A stretch of 64,000 nt of DNA from Trichoplax sp. H2 (lineage: Eukaryota): positions 1-64,000 of the forward strand of contig NOWV01000200.1 of NCBI GenBank assembly GCA_003344405.1, read 5' to 3'. How positions within the stretch are numbered: the stretch's first letter is position 1; each line of letters begins with the position of its first letter. The position numbers and the translations under genes were made by a program. The notes beneath the pieces were generated by a model. The model was given only the letters and a program-made list of their open reading frames with translations. It did no database searches and was not told the DNA's origin. This document shows, in pieces, positions 39,849 to 53,674 of the stretch.

Positions 39849-42800
39849 CCAATATATAATTACGAGTACAACCTCAACATAAATTCTAGTTGATATCACT
39901 ACAGAGGATAATTCTAATGTTGTACTACATCCACTATAGTCAAATAATTACTAATGCATTCTGAACACTTATTGGAAACATTAGCTGAGATCACCACGGA
40001 AGATTATTGCAATATTGTTTATATTTCCAATTTAGGACTACGAGTACACTCCAACACACGCATTAGAATTATTAAGTGAAATTACTATACAAAATTATCC
40101 GAATATTGCATTGCAACAATATATAACTAGGAGTATATTCTCAGCAAAAACAATGGAGTCGTTAATTGAAATAGCTTCAGAAGATAATTCTAATATCGTA
40201 TTACATACAGTATAATAAATAATCATAAATTCACTGTTAATTCATTTTAGTACGATTATCCAAAATCACTACGAAAAAATGGAAATTTCTTGGAGCAAAG
40301 TCTCTTAGTCATCACCATACTTATTCTATCAAGATTTAGAACAGTGTAATGTCAGTGAAATCTCACTCTATACACTAATATAAATGGTATGAATGCTCTT
40401 ACTTGGCGTTATTAAGTGTTGTAGCCTGTTTCATGATTCTCTTTCGCTCAAAGTAGTCGTTAAATTAGCTAAGTATGCCAATGAGATCCCCATAAAATGT
40501 AACTTGAAGTTAACACACATCCATTTAAACGGTTAGATGAATTTCATCACACCCAACTACAGCCTCTCTATTCTTGTTATTCATTTATGATCCTAATATG
40601 TTTGCTACCTTACCAATTGAAAGATACAAACTTCAGCACCAGCTCAAAGCATTGGATCTCCAGTTGTACACACAGTAATTTATCGAATTTCAAATATTAG
40701 TCATTGTATGCTATTTAGTTTAATCAATTGGCTACGTATTTTGCTGTCTCAATAATATTTTTACACTTAGATTGAGTAAAATAAGTATGCTGGGATAAAG
40801 CTTTTTTCCTATATTATTAAAAATTTTCCCATCATTGATAAAATTACAGCACTCGACGCTAAAGTGTTTTGAAGTATTCACTTTTGTTAAAATTACAAAC
40901 ATGAAGTAACCAGTTTTGACTATGTAGGATTTATTACCTTCTGAATCGTCACTTATAATTATAAATTAGTTAAATTGATAATTCAAGTAAAAGCGAACAG
41001 TTTTCACTACTGTACTCTATTCTTCAATTGAATAGAATTAATGCTGCAGTTTCAAACCGAACAATCTTTACTGCTGTACTATATTTTCAAATTGGGTATA
41101 AAATGATTGGAACAAGTTTGTATAAATAATCATTCACTCAAGGGAGCGGTAAATTAGTTCAATAACAAGCAGCGATCGAAATTGTCTTGATTAAATAATC
41201 ACATTTAAGGCAAAAAAATTTTTAAACCTTTAAGTGATGCTTAGAAATTGATTACTAGCAAATAATTAAGTTCTAACCTAAGATAAAAATGCATTCTTCA
41301 TTCCTACGTACTTTCTATTGCTAAATGTCGTTATTTAAGTAAAAGAGATGCTCAGCGATTAATTATAGCAAATAGTTACCTTTTATTCTTCGGCAGAAAC
41401 AACTTTCTCGATTCTTAGATGCTTTCAATCGTTAACTGTCGTCGTTTAAGTTTCGATAATCAATAAGATAGAAATTCTTTCTATAAGTCATTCTGGTGAA
41501 CCAAGTTCAAAGTCCAAAAATTAATTTAAATCAATGTTAATGGCAAAATGCCATGCGTGTTATCAAAAACAATTATGATTGTTCTAAAGTGAAGCTAATG
41601 GAGACCGTTGAGGTAGATCATGTTGAAATACGCTACCTTTAATGAGTCTTAATAGCTACGATGAGTAATATTTGCCACAAAGAATACAAGCTACGAGATC
41701 TTGATTATTATACTGCCTTGAAAACTTAAGCTCGCGCTCACTACTGCCTTAATGTAATATGTTATTTCTCTTCTATAACAAAATGATTATCATAAGAGCT
41801 TTCTATGTCATTTCTATTCTCTCTCGTCTATTCGTCGTTCTATTAATTTATGCGACTTGTATAGAAACTAATGCAATAGGTAGTTAAAATCAACAACAGA
41901 ATTAAATGCTATTGAATAGAATTGCATAAAATTGATTCAATTTTAAATAAGGATGCACACAGTTTCGACGATTCGAGTGTAAATAGATAATTATTATGTA
42001 AAGGCAACATATGAATAGGATGCAAATAATGCAGAGACGATTGAATTGCTGATTATTAAGAGGAACTGATTATTTTCTGCTGTCTTAAATTGAAGGCGCG
42101 TAATATAACTAATAGTGCAATTTCTAGTCTGCTTAAGTTATTTCTCATTATACGTCTATCTTACAGTAGAATAGTGCTATTAAGTTTGATTGATTTCCAT
42201 ATTAAGAATTATTACTTGTTATATTTACCATTTAGGGATAATTACTGTCGTGAGATTATGTTTTAAAACTTATTTACTGTTTTCGTGGTTTCATTAACTT
42301 ATCTTACAAATATAGAGTATTGATATATTAACTATAATTGTATAAAAGGGGATAGAGAAAAAAGGGAGACTTCGGCTTATGTTAAATTTGAATAAGTCAT
42401 TAAATTGCTTTTTGGCAATTTGCTGTATGTTGTTGCTCGTTGGTAACGTGTAAATAAAGGAAATTTTTTTTTAAGTTTAACTTGCAGTCGTGACAAGTAC
42501 AATTGCTGTAATATTGGAAGGTAATAGCAATAGCTGCTAATAGGATGGCTAATCTACTACACAATGAATACACATACGAATGAGACTGCAAATAGTGGGT
42601 TAAATAAGGCAATGCTTCAATTCTTTCTGTTTATTCGATGCTAAATTGTAATTCTATGATAGAATTTTGTCTGTTTAGACAAAAATAGAAAAGAATTTTT
42701 CAAATTTTTTGACGTAGATTTTGTCTGGCATCAAAACCAAATTTATTAAACTAAGTTGATATTCTTGATATCTAGAAGATATCTATCGGAGTTACGAGAG

Positions 42801-44154
42801 ATCATGCGTGTATTCTATCATGATTCAGTGCAGTACCAAATTAGCTCAAGATTTAAAATTATACGGTTGTACGAAATTGATTCAATTAAATGTTTAATTT
42901 TACAATCACTTGTTCAATTCATCCGTTTTTGTATAATTCTATAATTTTAAATCTTAAGCTTACAATGAAACGTTTAATTCATCTATTTTAGTACAATCCG
43001 ATAATTTCGAATCTTAGTAAATAGCCTATTCTTAAATAGATTGTAAAGAACTGGATTTTTTGCTTTGTGGTAGAATCAAAGGATGTTCGAATTCTTCCTA
43101 ATCAACAACTCATTGTAATCGAGCCTTGATGCCTTAATAATTTATGTAATGTTATCTGAAAGTGTTGAATCAAACTATTTTCTTTTGGTTTCGTTTAACA
43201 TAGATTACAAGTAAATTCAGAATCAATCTCCAACATTAATTTTAAAACATTTTAAAGGATGATCAAAAGAATCACATTCGAGTAGTGCTAATCATATCCA
43301 CAGATATGACAAACTTGTAAATTGTTGTAAGATTTGAATGCAGTCTCCATCTGCGAGCCAATTACGAAACTGCTTTGGAGACAGATTCTATCTTATCTAT
43401 CAAAATAATTGAAACTAATAAATCTATGAAATTTTTGAGATTTGGAAACAGATCATGCCTCAATGTACGTACTTTAATGACAATTTACATAGCTTGCCTT
43501 TTTATTTACATTCTTACTGTATTCGTACACATTATATCATTACTGATGTAGAATGAGCTGAATGAGCAATTTCGATACTCGTATTATCGCGTGCTAGTAA
43601 ATTCCATCTGCTCATAAAATCTTGTCAGCTGCTTTATTGAATAGAATATGATCATTAACTAGTACAAAGAAATGAACATTACGGCCTGCTTCAAAATAAT
43701 ACGATGCTCAGTAAATAGGCTTAGATATTAATTATAAGCAGATACTCTGTGCAAAACATGAATATCCTAAAATATTTACAAAATTGGAGATTAAGTAACG
43801 AAATTTGAAGCTTTGTAAGCATCATAGATACAAATATAGGCAATGCATCAAATGGTAAAGTCAAATACTAAAGTTAAGGTTTCAATTAGGCCTAATTTAC
43901 GTATTAACAATCGCGTTAGTATAATTTAACTCTCTCATCCTAGGCAGGACAAATTGTCCTATTACTATTTCAAGATTTTAGGTCGTACAAACTAAGGCTA
44001 AAGCCATTAATATGTGTGAGCAAAATAATTCGAAGATATGAAAGCACAATTACAACGAAATCTTAATATGGTGGTGATTCATTAATTTGACGAAAGAGAG
44101 CTGATACAGCCTTTACATTTGAGTAAGCATTACAATTAGAAGCTATTTGTGACC

Positions 44155-47100
44155 TTATTGCCGAACATGTAATATATATTCCGGATATGCAGCGTTGTCG
44201 TTAAATATTACAAATACTGTAGGATTTAACAAGCTATTCACTACAGAATGAATTCTTTTATTCTGACTGCCTGGAATATATTGCAAATTACGGACATTAC
44301 CAGAAGTATTGCAGATGCCCGTAAGTACGCGAGCCAGAATTAATGTACGCCCATAGCCGACGGAAGTGGATGGTTCAGTGGCGAAGTAAGTTCCAGTTCC
44401 TAATGCGGATTCTAATCGTAGATATATTGGACAAAATTTAGTAAATTGTTTCTAGTTTGAGCCTACATAAATGAGTGTGCTCTACTCATCTATCAATGCT
44501 AAAATTGATAAAAACTCTTATTTTAAGCTGAACCTACCATGAGATTTACCGGAGTAATCTCGATCAAAGCCGGATTTGCAAATACTATTCACATTATTCT
44601 CATTCGTCCCGTGGAATAATCGCCTTTCAATTACAGTTCCTGGCTGATATTGCTGTACGTCTTGTGTTACTTCTGCTTTCTGTAGCTGATACCTCCGGTA
44701 CAGATTCCTATTTTGGATACGCTGTAATTTTATTAGATCTATTCCTTCAGCTCGCACTAGTTCGGAAATTTCTTGTATTTCTGCCTGATTCGTCACTTCC
44801 ACTATTAATTTCAGTTCATCTTTCTGGGTATCTGCTTCAGCTGATTGCCAACTTGCTGGTAATGAATCTATTGATATATCAAATTCATTTGGAAAGTTAG
44901 ATAATTTAATATAACAGAATTGAAACATTCGTAAGCCAGATTCTAAACTATCTGTAGGGTCTGTTGGATTTAATAAGAACTGCATTGATTAATTAATCTG
45001 CAACGATATATTCGACTTTGACATCGGTGCACACTAACAGGTTGCATTAATAATGTACAAGATTTTAAATTAGTCAAACTCAAGGTCATGATTCGCAAAA
45101 TCAAAATTAAGGGAAATTTAACTGATCTTAACTAAAAGAAATCTGCCAAAATCTTAAAACAATCTAAATGCAATTTTTGATTCGCAAAATCAAAGTATGT
45201 TTAAACTTCATGAAATGCTGGAAGAAAGATAATCTAATATTACACGCTATTTAGTAGCTTGACTATTACTCATTAAGTAATTAAAACTATTGATACGGTA
45301 TAAACAATACGCGAGGTCTCGACATTGCAACATATGAGTAATTACATGTTACGATCAAAGGGAGACTATAGAAAGCCATCCTAAACTACGCATTTTTTTG
45401 CAATCTTTAGCCATTGTAAATTTTTTTTTTTTATTTCAATATCATGTTTAAATGATTTCGAAGTATCGTAAATTCTTCCAGCAGCAAGATTGAGACCTTT
45501 GCACAACCAAAATCTAGAAAGTGATTATTATTTTGAACTTACTATTTAACCTACTATAAGTAAATTAAAAGTGATAGGAGATATACCCAATTTTTCCAAT
45601 TCGTTTACGTATGAAGTTAAATAGCAGTATGATCGTAGTTTCTATGAATATGTGAAGCTGTTTTCTATTTTGTGCCTTGATAATGAGTGCATAGCAGATT
45701 GAAAAGTTTTGAGACAAACTCGTGTCTTCACTAAATGATTGCATATGGACATTTACGTGCTACGTTAAAGCGAATAGTTAATCAAGGCTTATTTTAAGAG
45801 TAGGCGGATTGACTAACCTTCCAATGCAAACTTGCGCCAGATTGGATAAGACATTCCAGTATCCACTGTAATTGCCATCCTGATAAAATCGATTGATTTA
45901 CCATCTAAAATAACGTTTGATTTTGTTTTATCGTTCAAATATGCTTGATAATCTATTTCAAGCTGATAATTCATTACAAGATCAAATTGATGCACAGCTT
46001 GTTTGATATTGACATTCCATTGAACAGTTTCCAAAAGTTCTTTTCTGTTCTCCTCCATAGCTGACTGATATGTTTTCAGGCTGGATGATTTTTGAAAATT
46101 GCTATAGGTTGTGAAGATGTCATTTTTATAGCCGTAGATTTGCAGTTGTTTTGTATTTGTATTTCTGATCATTAAGGTACTGTGCTGGCACCACCAATCT
46201 TGAATTAGTGCATGCCAAGTTTCTTCATCATATCCAAGCATATCTTCTTCAGCGAAAACAACACATGTCCAACTTGGAGCGTAACTTGCTAATAGTGATT
46301 CAATTTGCTCAATAATTTCATACCGACTAGCTACAATGGTAACATTTTTGCCAAAATTGTTGTAGGAAAATGGCCGAGTTATCTGCCACGCGATTGTATA
46401 ATCTGAATAAGATTTGTGTGCATTCTCGAACTGGTGCTGTGCCCAACTCGCAATCTCATACGCTAATTCTCTATTTCCAGTGATAAAATCAATACGTTGA
46501 AGACTAATTCCTGATTTCTTATGACTATCTAAGAATAGATAGATAGCTTGAATGAGTAATTTGATATCTTCTTCGGTGATTTCTGTACTGGCAAGAGGAC
46601 ATGATATCGACGTGTTTTCATTAGCATTGACGCAAGCTAACAAAGAGCCGAAATCATCAATCAGGCCATATGGACAAACTTTAAAAATGCTACAGCCACT
46701 TTGTGTGCTTTTATCCACATGAATACTCTCTAAGCAATGATTTTTGACAGTGGAATCTAGTCTTGCTGATAAATGATCTTCTGATTGATGAAGATGGCAG
46801 ATATGAGTTGTATTAATGACTGCTGATGTTTGTACAGCATGCATTACTCCAAAACAGAAATTGCAAGATAATTTGGCATTGCTTTCTGAGGTTACTGTTA
46901 ATAGTGTATCGAGCTTTTCCTCTTCAATTTTACCCGGAATTTTCTTGCATTTAGTTATCTGATCAACCAATCCATTATCTAGTTGATTCGTAGAGAAGTT
47001 ACTCTCTTGGCAATATGAATTCAGCTCAATCTGAGCAGCATCGATCGATTTCGTGTACGCATCGTAGATGTCTTGATCCAAAATGACAAAAGCAATGACA

Positions 47101-50100
47101 TTCAAACTTGTATCAGCATTTTCTAACAAATATTTACAAGTGGTGGATATCATTTCTCTAGCAAGATCTTGCGCTTTAATACCAACGTGGCCAGCACCAA
47201 TCGCTGGTATTGCCATGGATTGCATAGACTGTTTACTAGCTTTTCGTAAGCATTCGCCAATTTTAGGCTTTAACCACTACCATGAAAAGTTTCAGTATCA
47301 GGATTGAAGTTTAATTAAGATCACTTACTTATGCAAATGAATCAGCTTACCGATAAGTGCCTAGAAGAACTTAGAAATGGAATATGGTAGACGTATTGAC
47401 ATCCGAAGTGAACGCCACTTGTGCAACCTATACTTGTCGTACTTAATGTACGTAATTTCCTCTGACATTCAAGTTGGTATGCAGCGCCACCAGATTGATA
47501 TAAAGCTGATGCAATTTGTCCAGCGCTATAATTCCCCGACATTATAGAATTTACGATGACATCGAACTAATGTACAAGATACCGAAGAGAGAAATATAAA
47601 GATTTAAATTTAGTTTATTCTATAGAATCTATCCTAGCCGCAATTCAACCATTCAGCGTATAAATCTTCGTGAAATCTTGTCGATACTTACATTATTACT
47701 TATAGCTTGTAGTGGCCTTTTCAAAACAGTAATAACTTTGCCATTGAAATCAATCTTTTGATTATCATCTATAATGGGTACGTTACACGACCAGCTTGAA
47801 AAGGTTGACGGTGAGAGTTTATTAAGCAATAGCATCGAGGACATATTGCTAGGCAGGTACGTGAATGAAGATGCCTGTTGTGAAAAAGATGTATTATTAT
47901 ACTTCAATGAAGGGCACGTTACCCGTAGTCCTCGATTTACTTTCTTCCACGCTGGAGAACGAAGTTTATAATTCTCCTTGGTTATCCTATTATAAATCAG
48001 GCGTACCACGAGATTGAGAACGTACACTTTAAAAAGAATCACACAAAATATTCTTGATAATTTACAAGTCATTCTAAATATCCTCCTATTTAGAAGATTA
48101 TTCTTGATGCTATTTATTTACACGTATTTCTAGATATATTTATTGATTAAAATATGCTCGATTGTTTACAGATCATTCTAGACATACCTGCGAATTTGGA
48201 CATCAGCAACGTCAATGGAGAATTGCAGGCTGTCTTTTAAATTAGCCAGTTTTCCTTTATCCTTTTCTGAAATAACGTAGCGTAACATTTTTGAAAATTG
48301 ACTCTTTCCAACCGAAATTGATTTGCAAGCCACTGGAATGGAACGAATTTCCGCATCAATCTGACTAATGGCTGTCGATATTTGGCTATGGCGATATTTG
48401 ATTATTACTTTACTATCCTCACTGCTACTTTCTCCCTTGTTTGCTTCAAATAAAACTTGACATTGATAGCGATTCTGTATTGCCATTAAATCATCGTTAC
48501 AAAAGCGTTGAAGAAATTCAACTTTAATAATTTCATTTTACCAATCACAAATTCATCGAATCGATCGTCAAAGGATGTATGATGATGGGCATTACCCTTA
48601 TATACCATTAGATACTTCTTAGCTTTACTGACAACATAGTCTATTTCATTAAGCACTCCTACAACGGTAGTATTAACAGTCTTATCGATGGTATTAATGC
48701 AAAAGTCGACGAAAACTCGATGATAGTGTGCAAATTTATGAGTGAAATATTGATGAACATTAGTCCAATCTTCCAGTAGATTTTTTTTGTAATGAAGTTT
48801 AAACTCTTTGGTTTGATACTGTTCTTTCAGGAAGGCAACTGCTTTATCGTATTCCTCATTATTGATTCCAATAACAAAGACTGCCTCATTATCAAGATAG
48901 ACTCCAGCTAAAATTCGTTTATTTCGCAAAATTCTATTGATATCATCGATTAAATGAGAATACTGACGTAGGAAAGCGGATAAATTGGCCGATATACCAT
49001 CTTGACTATTTTTAATGGCTGCCAGCTGTTCTCTAGGTGCTTTAGGATTATTCATGTTCGTCATCAGCGTATACTGATTTCCTGTAGCTTTTACATCGGC
49101 CCTGAAGCCCATACATAGTAACTTTTCTTGTAATCCAAGTTGCCGAAGTAACACAACTTCTGCCGATGACATACAAACTTTCTGATCACCTTTTAGCTTG
49201 TTAGTCTTTGTAGATATTTTCTCTTGAGAATTTTTAGCTCTAACACGATCGTGCCTTTCTACAATTCCTTTACTGTTATTGATCGACCTAGCTTTAAAAT
49301 CTTGAGTTTGTCCATGTCTAACCGATTTCGATTTATCAATAGATTTTCTTTGCTGTTTAGCTGATACTTTTTGATCGTGGCTGATTTTCGATTGATCAAA
49401 ATCAGTCGCTAAAAGGTTGTCCAACGTTTCCGATAAGTTCGACGATTCTACAGTTAGGTCTTGATGAACCGACTGTTGGTCAACTAGTTTTTGTTTTCCT
49501 TTATTGCCGGATACTTCTGTATCTGCCAGGTCTAGCTTTGTATCACATTTCCTATCTTCATTATTAGAACTATCATTAACTTTAAATTTATCCTTCTCAA
49601 AAGCGTCTGTTCTCTCTTCAATTTTCTGAGCTGTAGCATCCCCTTCTACGATGGTTTTGTCCAAATCCAGAATATCTGTATTTATTTCATCTACAAGAAA
49701 TCTGACATCATGATCGATCTCTTCCCTTCCTTCAAGATCCAATTTAGATAAATCTGGAATGGAATGATGACTGGCCACCTGGGTAGATCCATCTATGATT
49801 ATTGATTTATCATCTTTACCATCACTTCCGGCTTGATTTTCACTGTCTTGTACAGTACCAAGTTTGCCTACATGGTCATTATCGCTGCTTGTTTCGCTCA
49901 CATCCTTTTGACATTTTTCATTAGCGAGAATGAGCTTCGTTTTTTGATTAGAGTTATTATCGATGTTACTCTGGATATCTTTAATCATACCGTCCAAAGA
50001 CTGTGCAATTAGATTATTCTCTGTGATTAATTGGTTTGATGACTGTCCTGTCTTGACATTCATCTCATCAATATTCTTAGCAGAATCCTTTAAACTTGTA

Positions 50101-51030
50101 GGCATAGCTCGAAAATTTGGATCTAAATTGACGTCCTTATATTCAGTCTCTATAGCCATTAGTATTGCATCTTTTACATCGGCGTTTGGGGTTTTCATTT
50201 CAGTATGTGCTGTTTTCTTCATAACAGTGTCCATTGCATCTAATTGCGAGTCTAATAGTTTACTCTTTACCAACTTTGGGGCATTACTTCGATCCTCGAT
50301 GCTGTTTTCTTTTAAAGATGGTAGCAAATTATCCCTATTTTTCAAGTTTTCTACACCACTTCTTGCTTTCCCTAAGTTTTCATCTCCTGTAAAAATAGCG
50401 TTACGATCTTGACAAGTGGCCATTTCAGTAGAAGTCTGAGCCAATGTTTGGCCGTCCAAACTGTTCGTACTCTTGACTTTATCCAGCCTGGTTGTAGTAT
50501 CGGTTATTTCGTTTATTATGTCATCTATGTAGGTTTCGTGTGTATGTTTTTGCTTAGTAGTTTCTTTGGATATTTCCCTACAAGCAATATTTTTTCCACT
50601 AGTACTGTTTTCATTTTGATCTATTACATCATCTAATAAATGCAGCGGTATCGAAGGAGAGATATCCTTATCACTGTTGTTCGTGCTGATATTCCCTGGT
50701 TGATGAATCATTTCCTTACTTAATATATCATTTGATGTTTGTCTTTGAATTTCTTCTTTTTTAGTCATATTTTCTATAAGTTTAGGATCTTTCTGTTGTT
50801 CATTTTCGTTTTTTTCATTTGCACCAGTATAGCCCTTACTTTGCTCGAACACATCCTCCAACCACCTTAAAGAAAACTCATTCTCTTTTCCGTCACTATT
50901 ACCGCTAACCCCACCTAGAAAAGGTCAAAAATAACCAGCATAGTTATTAAAAAATATATGTGATGCACCATAAAGCATCCATTAATATGTTGTAGCATCC
51001 TTCCAAGATCTCACCTGATTTATTCATCAT
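44155..51030 (-). CDS. PARP14-like macro-PARP paralog B: long charged N-terminus - KH-like region - macro - degenerate macro - WWE - mono-ART (H-Y-V)
   Basis: Approximate exons: 51015..51030 (MMNKS, tentative start), 48188..50914 (with a frame break or a 74-nt intron at 48522..48595), 47692..47986, 47351..47566 (FDVIVNS..GQIASALYQSGG), 45818..47276 (SMAIPAIGAGHVG; VQWNVNI..QF..NYQLEIDY), 44538..44867 (LPASW..RIQNRNLY..ERRLFHGT), 44155..44411 (LGTGTYFA..TVFVIFNDNAAYPEYILHVRQ*, absent from the ORF track). Confidence 0.85.
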
Positions 51031-51979
51031 TGACGAATTTTTTTAATTAGATTAATCGCGACTGACAATCCTACTGGCCAACCTTAATAAAACTGATCTT
51101 TAACTAACTCGCCATAAAAGATCTATCCTCTCCTGTCGTCTTCTTTCTGATGGTACCGTCTATTGACTAACAATTGAATCTTGTTGTCTTATTATATTGC
51201 CATCCAAAGTAAATGATAGTATCTACAAATGTCTACAGTACTGTCCGTACTAGTCCGCGAACTTAGTCCTCATAAGTTTCTAATTTTCAACAGAAACTGC
51301 GCTGTTCACATAGTACAGTTAATATTGAAACGTTAAAATATATATCTTGAACAATCACTTGATTAGCAAGGGGTTTGAAAATTTCTTTATGCCAGCACCA
51401 AACACATCTTGGCTACTGCCAAGGTGTTAAATATAGTTTCACACAAACAGTTTCCAAAGAAATCTCTGCTGGCAAGATGGACTTTGATATTCGACTATAA
51501 TTCGTGTTTAATAGCTAGTGTCTAGCTTTTATTCTCATCTTTATTACTGCCAGTTATAAATAAGACGTTGATTGCCGCTATCAACATCATCTATAACGAT
51601 CGATCAAGCACTGTAAAACTTAACATGGCTAACTGGGAGAACAAAATATGGGGATAGCAAAAATACAATGATTTATGACGCTTCTTAGTGAAAGTAAAAT
51701 ACCACCAATAGCAGATAAAATGAGATCTACGCTATCTATGCAAGTGATTTTAATGGATAGCACCACTGTATATGGCTCATATTTTAACGATATAATTTGG
51801 AATAATGTAAATCATAAAATCAATCAAACATTACTGCACTCCATCATTAGGCTTGAATTCCACTAAAGCAGTCACTTCGCTCACGATCAGAGAAGATTAA
51901 TCAATATTTATTTAAAAAATGTGCCGACGTATGCACATTCCTTGAATAATTATTTACTACAATTAAGCACCATATATAA

Positions 51980-52040
51980 CGCTTGTTATTCATTTTGCAC
52001 CATGCTTGTTATTCTTTATTCACCATGCTTGTTATTCATG
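51980..52040. repeat. Short tandem repeat, unit about 23 bp, about 2.5 copies
   Basis: GCTTGTTATTC occurs three times, twice preceded by CACCAT. Confidence 0.6.
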
Positions 52041-52179
52041 AAGTAATTCTCTAACTTCTTTTCTTTGTTTTTGATCTTTTACTTTCCTCATTACTTGACT
52101 GTTATTCAAACTTAAACATAATAAAACCAAATGATGAATTATAGAACGGTAGTGAGACATTATCTTCTTTAGCTTTGCT

Positions 52180-52560
52180 GAATCAATCGATCAAGTTTAG
52201 ACACGAATGTACGTTAGAATCGAGCAATGGACTGCAGAATAGCTATTCAATAGTATCCTCTTTGCATTCTCAATTGAATGATCAAGCTATAGCACGATTA
52301 AATCCTGAAATGGATTACAGAATAGCAATACCATACCATCAATCTTCGCTTTTCGCAATGAAAGATCAAGCTTAGATAAAATTAAGTAATGGGCTGCAGA
52401 AAAGAAATATAAAGCCTTCCTATTTTGCTTTTCTTATCTTAATCGATTGATCGAACATAGATATAATTAAATTGAGGAGTGGATTACAGAATAGTAATAT
52501 GATACTATTCTCTTTTGCTTTACCGAATCAATGGATCCAACTTAGACTAGATAAAACCGA
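52180..52560. repeat. Degenerate minisatellite, unit about 80-90 bp, about 4.5 copies
   Basis: (A/G)TGG..T.CAGAA.AG recurs near 52227, 52310, 52389 and 52479. Each is followed by a TT(T/C)GC tract and a GATC.A.C..AG motif. Confidence 0.65.
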
Positions 52561-53674
52561 GTTATACTAAAGGCTTGCACTTTTACTCTTTGTTAATGCT
52601 TATACTATTGAAATATATAAGTAATTAAATGATTTGAAGATTTAGTAAAGGGGTATTTGAAGCATTTTGCATGAGTTACCAGTATGTAAATGGATAACTC
52701 ATCTATGCAAATTTAGGTTATCTTAGTCTAAAGATTTCTATAAATGTAAAATTCGATTTAGATGTAGGAGAAAATGTTCGCGCTTGCTTGGAAATAAATT
52801 GGGATATTTTACACTGCGATGGACAGCTTTTGTTCGAGAATTAGGATACTAGTCATAGAAACGATTTAGTACGGGGTTTCTGAGGGTTGTAAACGCTCAG
52901 AGATTTATTTAACTCACTGCAGTACAAATTTGAAGGCATTGCGACTAACAGGAGCTCATAAACCGAGTCATCTACTTTTTCACAATAGTAACTAAAATTG
53001 ATAAGTTAGAGTGAGAATTTAGCCAAATAGAATGAATTATTAACTTGGCAGTAAGCGGATAAAACTGAATAGGCGACTTTAATTAGGTTAAAATTACTAG
53101 CTTATCATTACCTGTAGAAGTAGGTACTCAATAAAGAATTGCTTTTTAATTCTCATCCCGCTCTATACTAAATGTAAGAGATCCGATCTACAGAGCTCCC
53201 TAGTATTGAAATTAAAATAGGTTTACCCCAGCAGATCCACCTCTATAGCATGACTTTTGTCAGGAACTCCTGCCGGTAAAATTTCAACGAATAGCAAATG
53301 TTTAACTTTTGATTTTTTGCAATTCAAATTTTTCCAGTAGGAGTCCCTGTTTTAGTGTAGATCAGTTTAATATGTAGTTTAGACAGGTACATGAGATATT
53401 ATAGCCCGATTTCACTCAGTTCTGATCATATTTTGAGCGTAAAGTGACGAAAATCAGGGTTTCTTAACATTTATAGTACAGAAAATAAAATGAAGTAGTC
53501 GCAGCTAATCTAATCATAGACATTGAAATTATCTGAGAATTTCCTGAATAACCACAGCATAAAAATTAAAACTGAATTTATTTTTGTTGCTATCTAAATA
53601 GTGAATAGTTGGCTAGCTAGCAATGGAGTCCATCGCTATGCCTTGAAAGTACTCATACAAATTCATATTCAGAA

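Noticed and set aside
39860..44100. Possible extra gene or extra terminal PARP exon between paralogs B and A
   Set aside because: I saw no G.YFA or AYPEY motif and no convincing exon chain, only weak local repeats and short AT-rich ORFs.
49963..50636. Plus-strand ORFs 49963..50412 and 50409..50636, and similar ones at 9078, 29486, 35045, 44664, 47083, 47774, 57700 and 58144
   Set aside because: They are antisense shadows of real minus-strand exons and carry no motifs of their own.
48178..50861. Overlapping TAATG stop/start between the 791-aa and 102-aa ORFs, read as operon-style translational coupling
   Set aside because: Homology with paralogs A and C runs across the junction and begins upstream of the ATG in the second frame. 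It is one gene with a frameshift or small intron.
52180..52560. Regularly spaced repeats considered as a CRISPR-like array
   Set aside because: The units are degenerate along their whole length with no constant repeat plus unique spacer, there are no cas genes, and the locus is eukaryotic.
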